From Pseudomonadota bacterium (GTDB taxonomy: Bacteria > Bdellovibrionota_G > JALEGL01 > DATDPG01): 64,000 bases of DNA. The stretch is from NCBI GenBank assembly GCA_043809315.1, contig JAZDDX010000016.1:64001-128000 (forward strand). Reading direction: 5' to 3'. The position numbers and the translations under genes are program-made. Of the stretch, positions 61,708 to 64,000 are shown one piece after another; position 1 is the first letter of the stretch, and every line of letters starts with the position of its first letter. The notes under the pieces are model-generated. The model was given only the letters and a program-made list of their open reading frames with translations, made no database searches and was not told the origin of the DNA.

Positions 61708-62592
61708 TCATCCTATCTTGTCTTTCGACGAAGAGAAGCCGAAATCGCGGAGATGCTCGCTCCACTCGTCTTCCGTCGCACGAACGCGAGGGTCGGACCA
61801 TCGAAAAATCAGAAGAGTGATCGGCAGGAGGTAGAGAAAGATCCCGGCGATCAGGAGCCCGCGTTCCCCGATCCAGCCGGTCATGAAAAGGTTGAACGCG
61901 AGAACGCCGAAGTAGAGTCCCAAACCGTAGAGTCCTTGGAACGGGAGGATTCGGATTCCGGAATCGCGAAACCCCGCTCCCAACCAGTTCCCTTCGATCC
62001 GTTGGTAGATCCAGGTTGCGACGAAGCCGACCAACCCCCAGCCGAGAGCGTTCGAAAGAGGGACGCCGAAGTAGGCCCCCGGTTTGTCATAGAAATAGAT
62101 CCTCCCCAGGAACCACCGATCTCCGCGCAGTGCCACGGGGTCGATCACGAAGTCGATCAGCATCATGAAGAGCGCGGTCAGAACGAGCGTCTTCCAACTC
62201 CTTCGGATCGCGAACGTGTCGGCGATCTGAACGTCGCGGCGGCTGACCTTGAGCGGGGAGAGAAAAAACAGAGCGGTCGAAAACGAAGCGAAGAGAAGGA
62301 ACGTGAACGAGAGGGAATCCATGAACGGGACATTCGAGAGGAACAGCTCCTCTCCCCGCGTGCTCTCGGTGTAATGATAGAGGCCGTACGGAAATCCGGT
62401 CCGGGTCGAACAGATCTCCGACAGGAAGGCGACGACCCAAGTACCGAACATGAATACGAGCGTCCGGCGGAGTCCAATCGAAACGATGGCGGCGAAAAGA
62501 AACGCTCCCATGAAGACGAAGACGTACGGCCGCAAGGCGACCGTCTTGAGGAAAAGGACGGGGATTTCCATCTCGGTCTTCATGTTAGACAC
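61708..62592 (-). CDS. Carotenoid biosynthesis membrane protein (CruF/DUF422-like)
   Basis: SE....TGFPYG.YHY, D.VIDP and YFGVPLSN..GW motifs. Confidence 0.78.
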   Translation of the reverse strand: MSNMKTEMEIPVLFLKTVALRPYVFVFMGAFLFAAIVSIGLRRTLVFMFGTWVVAFLSEICSTRTGFPYGLYHYTESTRGEELFLSNVPFMDSLSFTFLLFASFSTALFFLSPLKVSRRDVQIADTFAIRRSWKTLVLTALFMMLIDFVIDPVALRGDRWFLGRIYFYDKPGAYFGVPLSNALGWGLVGFVATWIYQRIEGNWLGAGFRDSGIRILPFQGLYGLGLYFGVLAFNLFMTGWIGERGLLIAGIFLYLLPITLLIFRWSDPRVRATEDEWSEHLRDFGFSSSKDKIG

Positions 62593-62621
62593 CTTCGTCG
62601 GAATCCGCTACATCGCCGGAC

Positions 62622-62837
62622 ATGCAAGGGCTTCACCAGGCGTTGGGGGTCAAGGACGTCATCTACGCCCTGACGCTGGAGATCGTCTTCCTCGGGGCCT
62701 GCGCGGTTTTCATCGGCCTGGGATGGTCCGAACTCAAGAAAGGGAAGGACCGGACCCGATGCTGGTTCCTGATCGGCATGGGAGGTATGTTGGCCCTCGT
62801 CAGTCTCTATGTTACCCGACTTCTGATTCGAGGTTGA
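62622..62837 (+). CDS. Small two-TM membrane protein
   Basis: 71 aa with two hydrophobic helices, 4 nt before xseB. Confidence 0.5.
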   Translation: MQGLHQALGVKDVIYALTLEIVFLGACAVFIGLGWSELKKGKDRTRCWFLIGMGGMLALVSLYVTRLLIRG

Positions 62838-62841
62838 CTCC

Positions 62842-63069
62842 ATGGCACGCGCGAAAACCGACATGAAGTTCGAAACCGCGATGAAAGAGCTCGGGGAGAT
62901 CGTTGCGAAGCTCGAATCCCCCGAACTCCCTCTCGAGGAGTCGATCTCTCTTTTCGAACAAGGAACCGTCCTTTCCAAGATCTGCGCCCGGAAGCTCTCG
63001 GAAGCGGAGAAAAAGATCGAGCAGCTCCTCAAGGAGCTCTCGAAGGAGACCTCTGATGCCGACGCTTGA
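62842..63069 (+). CDS. xseB: Exodeoxyribonuclease VII small subunit
   Basis: FE.AM.EL..IV.KLE...LPLEES..LFE.G motif. Confidence 0.93.
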   Translation: MARAKTDMKFETAMKELGEIVAKLESPELPLEESISLFEQGTVLSKICARKLSEAEKKIEQLLKELSKETSDADA

Positions 63070-63938
63070 GGATCTCGATCGTTTCCGCGTGACGGTCGAA
63101 AAGGCTCTCGAAGATTATTTCGCCAAGAGCCTCCCCGCCCCGCGTCTGTCCGAATCAATGAAATACAGCCTGAATGCCGGGGGGAAACGGATCCGCCCGG
63201 CCCTGGTATTTGCCGCCTGCACGGCCGCCGGAGGAAAGACCGAGGATGCCGTACCGGCCGCCTGCGCGCTCGAAATGATTCACACCTATTCCCTCATTCA
63301 CGACGATCTCCCGGCGATGGACGACGACGACCTGAGGAGAGGGAAGCCGACGAACCACAAGATTTTCGGCGACGCCCTCGCGATCCTGGCCGGAGACGGG
63401 CTCCTCACCGAAGCGTTCTCCTGCCTTTCCGACCCGAACTGGAAGATCCCCGCCGATCGGAAGATCGAGATCGTCCGGATCATCGCCGACGGTGCGGGCG
63501 CGAACGGCATGGTAGCGGGTCAGGTGCTCGACCTCGAAGCCGAGGGGAAGGGCTGCGACGAACGGACGATCGAGAAGATCCACAAGCACAAGACCGGGAA
63601 ACTCCTGATCGCGTCGGTCCTAGCCGGCGGCAAGGCGGGGGGGGGCCGCCGGGGAGAGGTTCGAGCAACTGCGGAAATATGCCGAGGCGATCGGCCTCGC
63701 GTTTCAGATCGCGGACGACATCCTCGATCTGACGGCGACGACCGAACAGCTCGGAAAAGATTCGAAGAGCGATCTGAAGAAAGGAAAAGCGACCTACCCT
63801 TCCCTCCTCGGGCTCGAAGCTTCGAAAGCGCGCGCAAAAGGGCTTCTGGACGAAGCTCTTCGCGCGATCGCTCCGTTCGGGCCCAAAGGGGAGATGCTCT
63901 CCTTCATTGCCCGGTACATCGTCGAACGGCGGGCGTGA
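63056..63938 (+). pseudogene. ispA: Farnesyl-diphosphate synthase with a +1 frameshift in a G9 run (likely assembly error)
   Basis: GGKRIRP, HDDLPAMDDDDLRRG and KTG in one frame; GLAFQIADDILD in the next frame after 63637-63645. Confidence 0.85.
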
Positions 63939-64000
63939 CCAAGAAACGTCTGGACCAACTCGTTCTCGAGGCGGGGCTCGCCGACACCCGATCCAAAGCC
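63935..64000 (+). CDS. tlyA: TlyA family rRNA methyltransferase, 5' end only
   Basis: GTG start; MTKKRLDQLVLEAGLADTRSKA S4-like N-terminus; usual position after ispA. Confidence 0.75.
   Translation, partial: MTKKRLDQLVLEAGLADTRSKA

Overview
High-GC bacterial chromosomal window with a deltaproteobacterial-type (Bdellovibrionota/Myxococcota-like) gene repertoire; this taxonomy is inferred from gene content only. Housekeeping core: trxB, polA, fabG, ahcY, efp, rnpB, rnhA, tRNA-Ile2, rpoD-dnaG-rpsU, metK, an rpoN-hpf-ptsN-hprK-rapZ-EIIA-HPr-EI cluster, hpnH, pyrG, rplM-rpsI, hutUI, ispH, CBS/CGL, oppA, an M16 peptidase and xseB-ispA-tlyA. No integrase, transposase, prophage or CRISPR array was seen. 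The most notable unexplained signals are five. (1) An unannotated ~165-nt structured RNA candidate (52917-53081, minus strand) with a complete enhancer-IHF-sigma54 promoter and a terminator. (2) Next to it, a duplicated pair of secreted Hint-domain proteins, one catalytically intact and one apparently dead. (3) A Ser/Thr kinase fused to a degenerate RelE/ParE-fold domain, beside an FHA-FHA sigma54 activator flanked by two HU/IHF genes. (4) Two tandem triplets of orphan secreted paralogs behind sigma54 promoters; in one triplet the IHF-promoter geometry is identical in all three copies. (5) Several genes that look leaderless, and three whose N-termini lack a canonical start codon. All motif calls were made by eye; no database searches were run.
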